Shown here in pieces: positions 22,622 through 33,034 of a stretch of DNA of 64,000 nt; positions within the stretch are counted from its first letter, which is position 1, and every line of letters begins with the position of its first letter. The notes below the pieces were generated by a model. The model made no database searches, was not told the origin of the DNA, and saw only the letters and a list, made by a program, of their open reading frames with translations. The translations under genes were made by a program, and so were the position numbers. Source of the DNA: Oopsacas minuta (lineage: Eukaryota; Animalia; Porifera); contig JAKMXF010000033.1 in the NCBI GenBank assembly GCA_024704765.1, positions 744,001 through 808,000 on the forward strand. Reading direction: 5' to 3'.

Positions 22622-22739
22622 TATCATAAGAGAAAACAGCGATGGACGAATTACTTAATTTGCAATGTATATGTCATGTTTGCACCAAATATAGAAATAA
22701 CAGTAGCTCCATATTACACAATATTTCCTAAAAACTATT

Positions 22740-24503
22740 TCAATTAACAGTGAATAGATTCTGCAAATGTATAGGAATCTTAGCTCTGAGTAGTGACAGA
22801 TGTTTCTGTATGCCTAATAACACAGGGTGTCCAGTAGGAAACAAATTAATTGCCTCATCAGAGACAGACTTAACTCTCAAATAAAAATCTACAATCTCTA
22901 CTTCTGTCTTTTCTCGTAACCAAAAGTTCACATCAACTTTACTTAACTTATCAAGATATATTCTATGTAAATTCAAATTAACTTCTCTTCTTCTCTCTTC
23001 AAACCAAATTCTGAAATTCGGTGACAATATAAAACTCCTATACAATCCTTCCCAGTTCCCTTTTATACCCACAATTTGTTGAGGGCCATTTGCTGCGAGA
23101 GTTTTAATAAAATCTTCAGTAATAAATTGCTTTAAAATTGGTGTAGTTAACCATGGATTAATGTCCCGACTGATAGGAATAAGAGAAACTAGGTATCTCT
23201 CTAAAGGGATCAGAAAATTAGAAGTTAAATCCTCAAAATATTTCTTGATAATAAGATTCTGTGCTTCAATAGGTCGTTTACCGTGTGACGTAGGAGGTTT
23301 ATCGATTAGTTTTATGAAACTCTTATCCTTCTGAGTGAAACATTTATATTTTGTGAATATTCCTGACTTAGATTCTTGTCCATTAGAATTGTTAGCCATG
23401 GTGCTATTCACCTTCCCTTCTATAAACTTAGGGTCTCCTATTCGTATTTGAGAGGGCCAATGTTCTAGAACTTTAGCAAAGTACGGGTTAGTCACTCCTA
23501 GAATTACACCAGGAGGTACATGAGTCTTCTTACTGTATTCAGAGAATGTAGTGTCGTGGACAGTGAAATAAGGTCTGTAATCCTCTGCGTATCTTAACGG
23601 GTGTATCAGTGATACCAAAGCCTGTACAAAGTCAGAACAGAGTTTAGGTGAAGTTCCCACAACAAATATAGGCTCGTTAGTCAGTACAAGCTCCCATAGC
23701 AAACCAGCTTGTGGTAATACACTGTGTAGTATGTATGTTAGGTTAAGCTCGTTAACTGAGGCTAGGGCAGTGATACCTGTGGGGAATTGGAATGTAGGGG
23801 CAGTGTCCTTTTTCTGCATTTTCGTTGGTAGTTTGATGGCTAGCACTTGTCCCATGACTGGAAGTTGTAACCAGGTGCTTGGCCTCATATCTTGCCAGTG
23901 ACAGATTTCTTGATAAATAACTTCCAAGAAATTGTTACCAACTTTGAATACCTCGGGTGCTACCTTACCCATGAGGGTAGAGAATAGATTAAAGAAAGGA
24001 AGCCGTGTTATCAGAATTACAGATTTCTGGAAATATCCACGACGAATACTCGCGTCTTTTGTCTGTCTGAAGTAAACAAATCCAAAATAATGATTGTTTT
24101 CCTGTCTGAGCACGAGAGGCAATGAAGAGGAGTAGGGTATTGGTTTAGGGTTACACCCCTCTCTCCTGATACCACTTGCAGGGATACGGAAATGGAACTG
24201 CACGTCTCCAATTAGGCCGGCGTTAGAATCAGGAAATGCCAGATAGCATATGTTAGTTTTCTCATCCTCAGATAGAGGAAACTCAGATGGATACACGGAC
24301 TCCAATGCCTGTCCTATCTCAAGGTCAAATGTTACTACACAAAAACAACATAGCCAGTTGCTAGACCTGCTGGATGCCATGTTAATTCTATTCCAATATT
24401 CTCTATCTGCTAATAATTGATCACATATTTGTATGAATATATATGTGAATACAACCAACACCAAATAAAATCTCAAGAATAGGAATACACAAAATGCAAC
24501 CAA
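22740..24503 (-). CDS. DENND6: DENN domain protein 6; probable true start MASSRSS near 24379
   Basis: WLCCFCVVTFDLEIGQALESVYP, NICYLAFPDSN, RRGYFQKSVIL, LWELVLTNEP, DYRPYFTVHD, ILGVTNPYF. Confidence 0.92.
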   Translation of the reverse strand: MVAFCVFLFLRFYLVLVVFTYIFIQICDQLLADREYWNRINMASSRSSNWLCCFCVVTFDLEIGQALESVYPSEFPLSEDEKTNICYLAFPDSNAGLIGDVQFHFRIPASGIRREGCNPKPIPYSSSLPLVLRQENNHYFGFVYFRQTKDASIRRGYFQKSVILITRLPFFNLFSTLMGKVAPEVFKVGNNFLEVIYQEICHWQDMRPSTWLQLPVMGQVLAIKLPTKMQKKDTAPTFQFPTGITALASVNELNLTYILHSVLPQAGLLWELVLTNEPIFVVGTSPKLCSDFVQALVSLIHPLRYAEDYRPYFTVHDTTFSEYSKKTHVPPGVILGVTNPYFAKVLEHWPSQIRIGDPKFIEGKVNSTMANNSNGQESKSGIFTKYKCFTQKDKSFIKLIDKPPTSHGKRPIEAQNLIIKKYFEDLTSNFLIPLERYLVSLIPISRDINPWLTTPILKQFITEDFIKTLAANGPQQIVGIKGNWEGLYRSFILSPNFRIWFEERRREVNLNLHRIYLDKLSKVDVNFWLREKTEVEIVDFYLRVKSVSDEAINLFPTGHPVLLGIQKHLSLLRAKIPIHLQNLFTVN

Positions 24504-24683
24504 AACTAATAAAGGAATTCAATTGCAGGGCAAAAATTGAATGCGAGGTTCTACAAATCTATTTACGTAATTGTATGGCCAAATAACGCTATATCCGATA
24601 GCTTTAATATATAGGAAGCTAATATTAAAATTATTAATTAAGCGATACTGGACGATTTCATTTTTATGATACAAATATTTTGG

Positions 24684-25121
24684 CTAATTGATAATTTGCT
24701 CATCTTTATTGTTGGTCTCTAGGGTAGTAATAATCTGGTTTGTAGTAGGTAATAGGTCAGGAGATATGTACGCTGGGAATTTAATAGAATAAGGCATTAG
24801 TCCAGCTACGCGCGATCTTATGATAGCTTTAGCAATTTCATTCTGTCTGCCAAGACATATTCCAGTCGAAAACCTAGACAGGATCCTACCTGTGACTGGA
24901 GATATGAATTGAGAGAGTAGTTCTACATTCTTGTAATCAATTACGATCTCTTTAGAACAAATGCAATTGAGAGGACATTCTAGTATCTTTCTAATAGGAA
25001 CAATTCTCTCATCAACTGTAGGTGTCAGTCCTGCTCGTATAACACGGTATCGTATGGGTATAGTTAAATGGTGTGTGTGTGATATTGAAGATCTGACTAG
25101 TGGGTACACAGTCTTAATCAT
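24684..25121 (-). CDS. MRPS18C: Mitochondrial ribosomal protein S18
   Basis: S18 motif CPLNCIC...IDYKNVELLSQFISPVTGRIL...TGICLGRQNEIAKAIIRSRVAGLMP. The S18C paralog assignment is inferred from length. Confidence 0.8.
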   Translation of the reverse strand: MIKTVYPLVRSSISHTHHLTIPIRYRVIRAGLTPTVDERIVPIRKILECPLNCICSKEIVIDYKNVELLSQFISPVTGRILSRFSTGICLGRQNEIAKAIIRSRVAGLMPYSIKFPAYISPDLLPTTNQIITTLETNNKDEQIIN

Positions 25122-25482
25122 GTGGCCAAGTCTCGATTATATGAGTATTATTATCGTTATGCTAAATATGAATATAGATTGATTACTAAAAGGATTATAG
25201 TCGAGCTTGCTATACCAGAACCCACTACGTATAATGATATCATATTTGCCCTCAAAAGATAGAATAACCCTTTGAAACATTTAATTAACATATTCCAAAG
25301 ATTACATATTTTAAGAAGACTAAAATCGAAATAGCTATTATTGCAAAACCTTATTTTATTAATGTAAAATGCAAAACTTGCATATATCATAAAAGAAACA
25401 CATTTCAACAAGCGAAATATGTATATGTATTAAAACCCATAAATATTAATTAAACAGGGAACAATATTACTCAAACTATCAA

Positions 25483-27012
25483 ATGAACATTAATATAGTT
25501 CAAGGGTATTTCTATATTATAAACTATACACTGGGTAGTGGATTCCTCAGTCTCCCTTACATATTCTACAAGGCTGGGACACTAGTAACAACTGTAAGCT
25601 ACGTGTTCTATTGTGTAGTTGGTTGTGTGTGTGCACTATATGTTGTAGAATTTCTTGGAAGGGTCAAGGTTATTGATAGGAGATCGCAATCAGATGAGTC
25701 ACAGCCATTATTAAACAATACAGAGAGCAGAGATGATTTGTTTCTACATTCTCAAAACAGGAAATATGAAATATCTGAATCTGGCCAAATATTGTTTTGT
25801 TTTTGGGCTAACATGTTAGTTGTCTTAATTATATGTTGCGAATGTGTTACGACATTATGGGCTTATAGTGCATTGGTTGCATCCACACTGGCTACCAACC
25901 TGCCTATTGACACAAATACATTCCTAAAGTGTAGCTCTTCTCAGTTTATAAAGAGATTACCCAATCAATATGGCTGTCTCAACTTGTACAGAGTTGCTGT
26001 AGCAGGATACGGAATTATTGTTCTATTCCTATCAGTTATAGGACTCAAAAAACAGAAATATTTGCAACTAATATTGGGAATAGCTCGCTTCATAATTATA
26101 GCCTCAATCATTGTATTCTCTTTTGTCAAAATCGTTTTTGATCAAATCAACCCTCAAATAATGAATATTCACACAACCAACTCAACTAATCTTACTCACG
26201 TACACACATACTCACAAACTATACTCAGATTCAATATAGCATACATCTTCTATGGCATTCCAATCTTCCTCTACAGTCTCCAGAATAATTTCTTTCTCCC
26301 TACAGCTTTGTTCACAGTTACAAATAAGAAACTTCTTAAGAGCTTGACTATAGTAGTATTTATGAGTATAGGAGTATTGGTAACAACTCTAGGTATATCT
26401 GTATCTCTTGCTTTCTTACACAATATTAATCCTAACTGTGTGTTGAATTGGATTCCTTACACACACGAGAGCTATCACATTTCTCTACGGATATTCTCCT
26501 ATATTGTCATATTCTTTCCTGTGATTGAGCTCCTTTCTTGTTATCCACTTTCAACCATCTTGCAAGCAAACCTCCTATTTCAGATTATCATGAGAACGGA
26601 CACTTCACAAATAGAAACTTTCAAACAACAAATGATCTTGGTATCATTGAGATGTCTGATAGCACTACTTCCTATATTGCTATCACTATTCGTTGCTAAC
26701 TTGATTGTAATAACAGATATAAGCGGTATTTTCTCAATATCGTTAATGTTGATATTACCTGTAGTATTTCAATGGAGATCTCAGAGATTGATAGAATTAA
26801 TGTATGATATGTCAGGATTAGCCTCATTAGTCAACAAGAAGTTATTTGATAGAATTGGATCATTTATGTTCACAACACGAGCACACACTCCATACTCAGG
26901 ATGGTACAGTGGATTTTGTGTACAGATCTCTGTTGCAGTTATTTCTGTCATTACACTACTTATTGCTATTAGTAGTGTTGTATTACAGTTGGCTAATAAT
27001 TTAGGTAATTAA
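25483..27012 (+). CDS. Amino-acid transporter (Aa_trans/APC fold, TMEM104/SLC38-like), copy A
   Basis: IINYTLGSGFLSLPY TM1 motif, KYEISE loop, about 11 hydrophobic segments; inverted near-identical copy at 33035-34567. Confidence 0.85.
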   Translation: MNINIVQGYFYIINYTLGSGFLSLPYIFYKAGTLVTTVSYVFYCVVGCVCALYVVEFLGRVKVIDRRSQSDESQPLLNNTESRDDLFLHSQNRKYEISESGQILFCFWANMLVVLIICCECVTTLWAYSALVASTLATNLPIDTNTFLKCSSSQFIKRLPNQYGCLNLYRVAVAGYGIIVLFLSVIGLKKQKYLQLILGIARFIIIASIIVFSFVKIVFDQINPQIMNIHTTNSTNLTHVHTYSQTILRFNIAYIFYGIPIFLYSLQNNFFLPTALFTVTNKKLLKSLTIVVFMSIGVLVTTLGISVSLAFLHNINPNCVLNWIPYTHESYHISLRIFSYIVIFFPVIELLSCYPLSTILQANLLFQIIMRTDTSQIETFKQQMILVSLRCLIALLPILLSLFVANLIVITDISGIFSISLMLILPVVFQWRSQRLIELMYDMSGLASLVNKKLFDRIGSFMFTTRAHTPYSGWYSGFCVQISVAVISVITLLIAISSVVLQLANNLGN

Positions 27013-27485
27013 CTATGAATCCTACAAAATATTCGCTAATTCTCCTAAGTATATTAACAATAATATTTATTCTATAAATGATTCTGAAATGCTATAGCTA
27101 TTCCCAGTTTGACAATTAAGTCAGCAAGGCGGATACATCTTTGTTGATCAAAGTGTGAACGTAGTACATACTCCAACAATATAATATGCAACAATATTGT
27201 ATCGATTGTTAACCCGGTATTCTGTGTGTGCTGTAGATAGGCAGGGGTTTTCCGTTAATAATGAAATACAGAAGACTCTGCTTAATAGAGCCACTGGTTA
27301 ATCGGGCCAACACCATTATTACGCTTAATCAGGTTAAAATAGCCTCGCCATATGTAGGTACCTGTTTTTAATACCAATACGTAATTAACACTAAGTAGGT
27401 GATATGATTAAATAATATTAACATTATTATTAAACTGATTACCACTTCGGATGCATATTCATTACACTATACGACTACATTATAG

Positions 27486-28394
27486 TTACGAAATTGGAGG
27501 TCCCTTACGAGCATACCCCGCAAACGTGTACTTCTTTCTAACAGCTGGTAGAAATGCTAGCTTTCTAGATTTCATTACACTCCATTTATGCTTCATCATG
27601 TAGAAAGCTACTAGCCATAACAGAGGCATAATTATCATTCCTTTGAACCCAATACGTTTCCTATCATCATGTGCAGGTTCAGCAGCCCAGCGTAGAAATA
27701 CAGTTACATCTTTAGCCATCTGAGATACAGTGGCTTCTGTACCATCATCATACTCTACACTGTTTGTGAATAGCTGTTGTGGCATAGCTAACTTATTACC
27801 AGGAAAATACAGGTTGTAAGCCATCTCATCATCTACAGAGTCTCCAGCTGGTGGATCTGCATATCCAGTCAGGAGGTGGAATATGTAATCTTCATTCCTC
27901 TTCCTGGCTAACACGATATAGCTCAGGTCTGGAGGCAGAGCTCCGTTGTTAGCACTCCTGGCTACATTATCGTTAGCGTAAGGAGCAGGGAGTTTATCAT
28001 ATAGCTTTCCAGGTCTCTGTGTAGGATTCCCTTCTTCATCAAGATCTCCTGCTACTAGTATTTCAGCTGCTTCCTGCTTAGCCTCCTCCTCTGTGTGTGA
28101 CACATCCACCAAATTACGATAATGAATGTATTGTAGGCTGTGACAGGCAGCACATACCTGTTTATACACTTGGTAACCACGACGTACTGAGGCGTGGTCA
28201 AAGGCAGTGTAGTACCCGCTATGAGACCAGGGGAGAGGGGGTGCCTTCATCAGTATATCAGAGGCAGAGAGGGTGAATGCTCCGGAGAGCAGACAAGCAC
28301 CTACGCCGCCTACACCCACTGCAAGAACTCCTAGTCCATACCAACGCGGATATTTTGTGAGGTTCCTGATGGACTTTACTTTTGATCGCAGCAT
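27486..28394 (-). CDS. CYC1: Cytochrome c1, mitochondrial
   Basis: DHASVRRGYQVYKQVCAACH heme motif, NNGALPPDLS, LAMPQQL, WAAEP. Confidence 0.96.
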   Translation of the reverse strand: MLRSKVKSIRNLTKYPRWYGLGVLAVGVGGVGACLLSGAFTLSASDILMKAPPLPWSHSGYYTAFDHASVRRGYQVYKQVCAACHSLQYIHYRNLVDVSHTEEEAKQEAAEILVAGDLDEEGNPTQRPGKLYDKLPAPYANDNVARSANNGALPPDLSYIVLARKRNEDYIFHLLTGYADPPAGDSVDDEMAYNLYFPGNKLAMPQQLFTNSVEYDDGTEATVSQMAKDVTVFLRWAAEPAHDDRKRIGFKGMIIMPLLWLVAFYMMKHKWSVMKSRKLAFLPAVRKKYTFAGYARKGPPIS

Positions 28395-28771
28395 ATAAGT
28401 CTATTGAGATAATATAATCACCATTACCTACATAGTACATACTAATATTCCAATAGTTATATATCTAGCAGGTAACTAGGAGAGGGTGAAGGGCAAAGCC
28501 TACCTCTGACCCTTATCTCATGATAAAAAGGCCTATTAATATGTTATCACATAACAACAGGGCTTACGCCTTATGGAGAATTGGGGAAATTATCGAGAGA
28601 GAAAGAGAAAATATAACTTTTGATTCCTGAACAATTAAATGTCACTAGATTTCCTGGGCGTTGTCCGCCTTTCGATATTATAGGCCTCTAATATCAGAAA
28701 CAATGGCCCCTCTGTAAATAAGAGTATGTAAATTTCATAAAATAATTGAATGAAGTAAATAAACCGATTAA

Positions 28772-30012
28772 TTAAAAGAAAATATGCACTCCAAATAGTG
28801 TCTTGTAAGAAACACATATTAGTTCGTTCTTCTCTGTGATAACTATGCCTCTAGGCTTGATTCTCTTCTCCTTGTCCTTACTGCCTCCTAGCGTGTGTAG
28901 GAGAGATCCCTCTTGAGAGAACACTTTGATACTCTCTGCAGAAAAGTCACAAATAAGAATATTCTTCTGTTTATCAAAACAGAAAGAATATACTTCCATG
29001 ACTTGGTCAGTAGCTTTCTCACCACAAGTTATGAAAGAGCGTAATCTCTTGCCAGATAGAGTGAACACGTGGATACAGGGATTGTCTATATAGCTCAGAG
29101 CATACACTTTATCACCTAGCAGTTTGACATCAACAGGTTGTTTCATACTTTCATGTTTAATTGAACGTTTATAATTGAGTTTAGCATCCATAACAACTAC
29201 CCTGTTGTTACTGCAGTCTGCTACAAACACAGAGCCATTTGATGCTACAGTGACTTGTTGAGGGAAAGAGAACTCTCCTTTACCACTCCCTTCCTTACCT
29301 ACTCTACTCACTAGCTGGAAGTCAGATAGTTTAAAATGGAATATGCAATGCAGCAGAGCATCGGTTAAGTATACTTTATCACCGCTCAGTGCTATTCCAA
29401 TAGGACAATGGAACTGGCCCGAAGAACAAAATGTATCCATATATTCTCCTGTAACAGTGAACACATTGATACATGCTGTGCTTTGATTAGAGTTAACTAC
29501 ATAGATTAGTTCAGTTTTGTCATCAAAAGCTAGGCCCCTAGGTAGCTTGAGTTCTCCCTCGTCTGTTCCTTCCTTCCCTATCGATAGAGTAGGCAGTAGA
29601 AGAGTAGGGTAGGTTGGAGTAGAGATAATGTCCTTCTCTACTAGCTGTCCCAATACAGAAATACTCTCTTTTAACTGTTGAGTGTCACAATCTAGCTCAA
29701 TTCCTTTAGCTACAACTTCAAGTTGTCTAATCTTGTCATCAATATCCCTAGTCATCTTCTCCTGCAGTGATAGTAGTAGATTATCCTTCAGTTGAGTTTG
29801 TAGATTGGCCTTTGTTGTATTCAGTGCTTCTAGAGTGTGTCTACGACTTCTCTGTTCTGATAACTAATCACTTCTTTATTTCTGAGCTCAGCGATCAGTT
29901 CTGCTCGTCTCGAATTGATACAGTTAACCAGTCTATCGAACTTTTCGTTAATAGAAATCTCAATATGATCTATGTCGGGATAGATAATATTTTGTGGATT
30001 ACATTCAGCCAT
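28772..30012 (-). CDS. Coiled-coil + NHL-repeat (TRIM-NHL-like) protein, split by a 1-nt frameshift near 29860
   Basis: NHL repeats (LKLPRGLA, FHCPIGIA, FSFPQQVTVASNGSVFVADCSNNRV, KPRGIVI). The N-terminal helical part (29830-30012) continues in another frame as LSEQRSRRHTLEALNTTK...QEKMTRD, joining the 28772-29755 ORF. Confidence 0.75.
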
Positions 30013-30755
30013 TTCAAATTATATTTATGAATGATATTGCATTATACTTATAGTAAGAATCGTGGACATATATAGTAAGATAATACGCTCTTACGCATGC
30101 TAATAGATTATAATTACATGACAGGTAGTTAAATACAAATAATTCTGTTAAATGATGTAATATTATTTAGTATTAAACCACTAGATAGAACCGTAGTAGA
30201 CGCATGGTTACATCCCACTAACACATCAGCATGATTAGTGCAATAATTATGGCATGACGAGCTCACTATAAAGACACTAGTATAGATATAATTATTATAA
30301 GGCAGTTTTTTGGGTGCACACACTTCACGGGTGGTTGTGTTTCTAAAAAAAGATTCAAAAAATCAGGCACTGCTTTACTATGGATACAACATTCTTAGTT
30401 TGTCCGGATGGGCCAGGATTCTGTTCTATACCACCTGAGAATGAGAAATATGCCAATGATAGACAGATTGATATTGAGGGGTATAGTACTCACGGTCCCG
30501 CACAATAACGCATCCAGGGGGTATGGAGGAGATGTAATAGCACGTTTTCCTTCTTTTAAAAACTATTTCGAAAGACTAGAAGGCTTAACTGCCGAATAAA
30601 CGGAGTTGTACGAATAACCGAGGATACATATATGTTACCCAGACGTTTCAGTCGAAAGAAGATAAGAAAAGTAAATGAGCGACCAGAATGTATTTATATA
30701 CGCATAATATGATAATGATATAAAATTTACTAAATCAAATGAGATATAAAGCAAT

Positions 30756-31694
30756 TTAACTAGACAATATTAACTTGAGTAACTTGATAAATAAAAGAAG
30801 AGGCATGTCATTTGTGAAAACTATATCAAATAGTGTCTTAAAATTTTCAAGTTTTTCCTCTACTTTGATATTCAAGAATCCAATTCGTAGTGTTTCTTGA
30901 AGATTCGGCATTCCATTAGCCATGTTAGAATCACCAGGAGAGTCTCCTAACAGAATTACAAATTTCTTCGGATCAAATTCCTTTGCAACATCAGGGTAGT
31001 TAGAGAGGATATTGTAATTCTTATTATAAGAAGTTAAAACAGGTCCTTGCATTTGTGAAATAGTACCTTCATCATCCCACACCATTTCGTTAGAAATAAC
31101 TTTCACATTTGGAGTCAAAAGTTTATTTTCTTTCAATGCAACTTTAATAATATAATCTAGGCCTGCTGAAAACACTAAACATGAAACGTTACAGCTATTA
31201 ATTATATGCATTAGTTCTCCTATTCCCTCTCTTAAAGTCAAACCGGATGTTTCAACTATTTTAGCTATAAGATCTCGATTGACTTTAGTACTAATTATTA
31301 GCTGATTGCCTTGAGACCACCACTCACTACAGACCTTGTGTTTTTCCTCTTCATTGATAGAACTTGATAACTCTAACGGATAATAGTGATTACTTAATTC
31401 TTCATCGCGCTTGTTCACTTCTTCACTCAGTAGTTTACTACCCAGCAGTATACGATAAGCAGTAGGAGATCTCTCTCCGCTGGGAAGGAAATACTTAGAC
31501 AGGGTGTAGTCAAAATCACTGATTACCAGTAAATCCTCTGATAGATTTGGAGATGATTTCAAAATTGAAATCTTCTTCTCTAGAGCATCTAAGTCACGGA
31601 TGTGTACATTAGGATTATTCGTGTATTCAAGAGCTTCAATTATCTTATCCCTCAGGCTAGTCCCTGATTCAGCCATTATACAACTAACTGGCAA
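30756..31694 (-). CDS. NT5C3: Cytosolic 5'-nucleotidase III (HAD family); probable start MAESG at 31676
   Basis: ISDFDYTLSKY (DxD motif), VFSAG, VISNEM, LLGDSPGDSNMA, LRIGFLN. Confidence 0.9.
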   Translation of the reverse strand: MPVSCIMAESGTSLRDKIIEALEYTNNPNVHIRDLDALEKKISILKSSPNLSEDLLVISDFDYTLSKYFLPSGERSPTAYRILLGSKLLSEEVNKRDEELSNHYYPLELSSSINEEEKHKVCSEWWSQGNQLIISTKVNRDLIAKIVETSGLTLREGIGELMHIINSCNVSCLVFSAGLDYIIKVALKENKLLTPNVKVISNEMVWDDEGTISQMQGPVLTSYNKNYNILSNYPDVAKEFDPKKFVILLGDSPGDSNMANGMPNLQETLRIGFLNIKVEEKLENFKTLFDIVFTNDMPLLLFIKLLKLILSS

Positions 31695-33034
31695 GAAAAA
31701 AAGAAATTTCCAAGTAGAAATTAGTACATATTTGAACTCTCAGTATATCTAATGGTTGTCAGGGTAGATAAAATATTGAAAGCATACACCCTACACACGC
31801 TAGGCCCTTTAAAATTTTTTGAGTAAGATGACTGAATAAGGTCGAATTGAATGAGACAGGGTTTCTTCTATACACTTCAAACGGTTAACTAAAATGCCCA
31901 ACTTCATCAATTACAAGCGTTAGCATTAACTAATTCAATAAAATCTCACTTCACAATTTCAGTCATTTCATTTGGCTTTATTCCAATCTTGAAATTCAGA
32001 CTTATTCCAATTTTTGCAATTTGGCCTTATTCAGATTTTCCCATAGAGTTTCTATAAGCTGATAAATCACCTAAGGTTAATTATGTAATTGAATTTAGCC
32101 AAAGAAACCGAGCCAAATTTCTATATTTACCCCAGAAGGCCTAGATTATTAAATTTATAGCCAAAACGGTCACAAACTAAGACATCTTGAAAGTTGAAAC
32201 CAATTAAGAGGTAGCAATTATTATTTATTAAATATGGAGATGACCTAATTAGACTTTATGATCAACATAAAACAAGTCTGTGGCTACAGTAACGGTACGG
32301 GGATCGGGTAAATTTACCTTCCAGTACAGGTACCGGTGTAACAGCCCAGATTATACTCCCTGCCATTATTATGTCATGTGCAAAAGTGTAGGGCGTTTGG
32401 TGTCACGTATGCATTTATAAAGCTGATTGACTTGATTAATTCTCACCTGACTAACTGATGATTTCTCAACGGATTGACTAAGAGTACAAGTGTAATTTTG
32501 CACCATTGCTGAAAGCTGTATTAGACTAATGGTATTATTAAATATGCAAGTACGCGAGGTTCGCTAAAGTTAAGCCCATATCCAAAATTTTTCAAATTTG
32601 ACAAACATTAAGCATTGAGCAACAACCACATGGCTGTCACTTGTAACTTAATAGCTTCTGTATTGTTTTAATAAATATTTCTGGTTTGTAGCCGCGGTAT
32701 GTGTATTTTGGCATCTCTATTGTTTCTATTGAGATTGGTTTGTGGGAATTGTGACACTTTAGTTTTGTGGTCTTTTTGGTTTGTGGCGATTACTTGTGTT
32801 TTATCGATTTAATATAATTTAATAGTTTAGATGTATGTAGGTGTAGTTCAAAGGAAATTGGTGTACAAATTAATTAACCTATGAAAACACAACGAACATA
32901 ATAATTATACGGAAAGCAGAATGCAATCAATATGAATAAAATACATGCATTCATTCTAAATTTAACAAAGAACCTAGTTAATAAATAAATAAATAATTAC
33001 TATCAAAAAACAAAATTGGAGAATAAAGGTTCCA

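Noticed and set aside
22740-24503. Hydrophobic 42-aa N-terminal extension of DENND6 in the ORF track
   Set aside because: Starts at a non-ATG codon; family homology begins at MASSRSS (about 24379), so the extension is probably 5'UTR.
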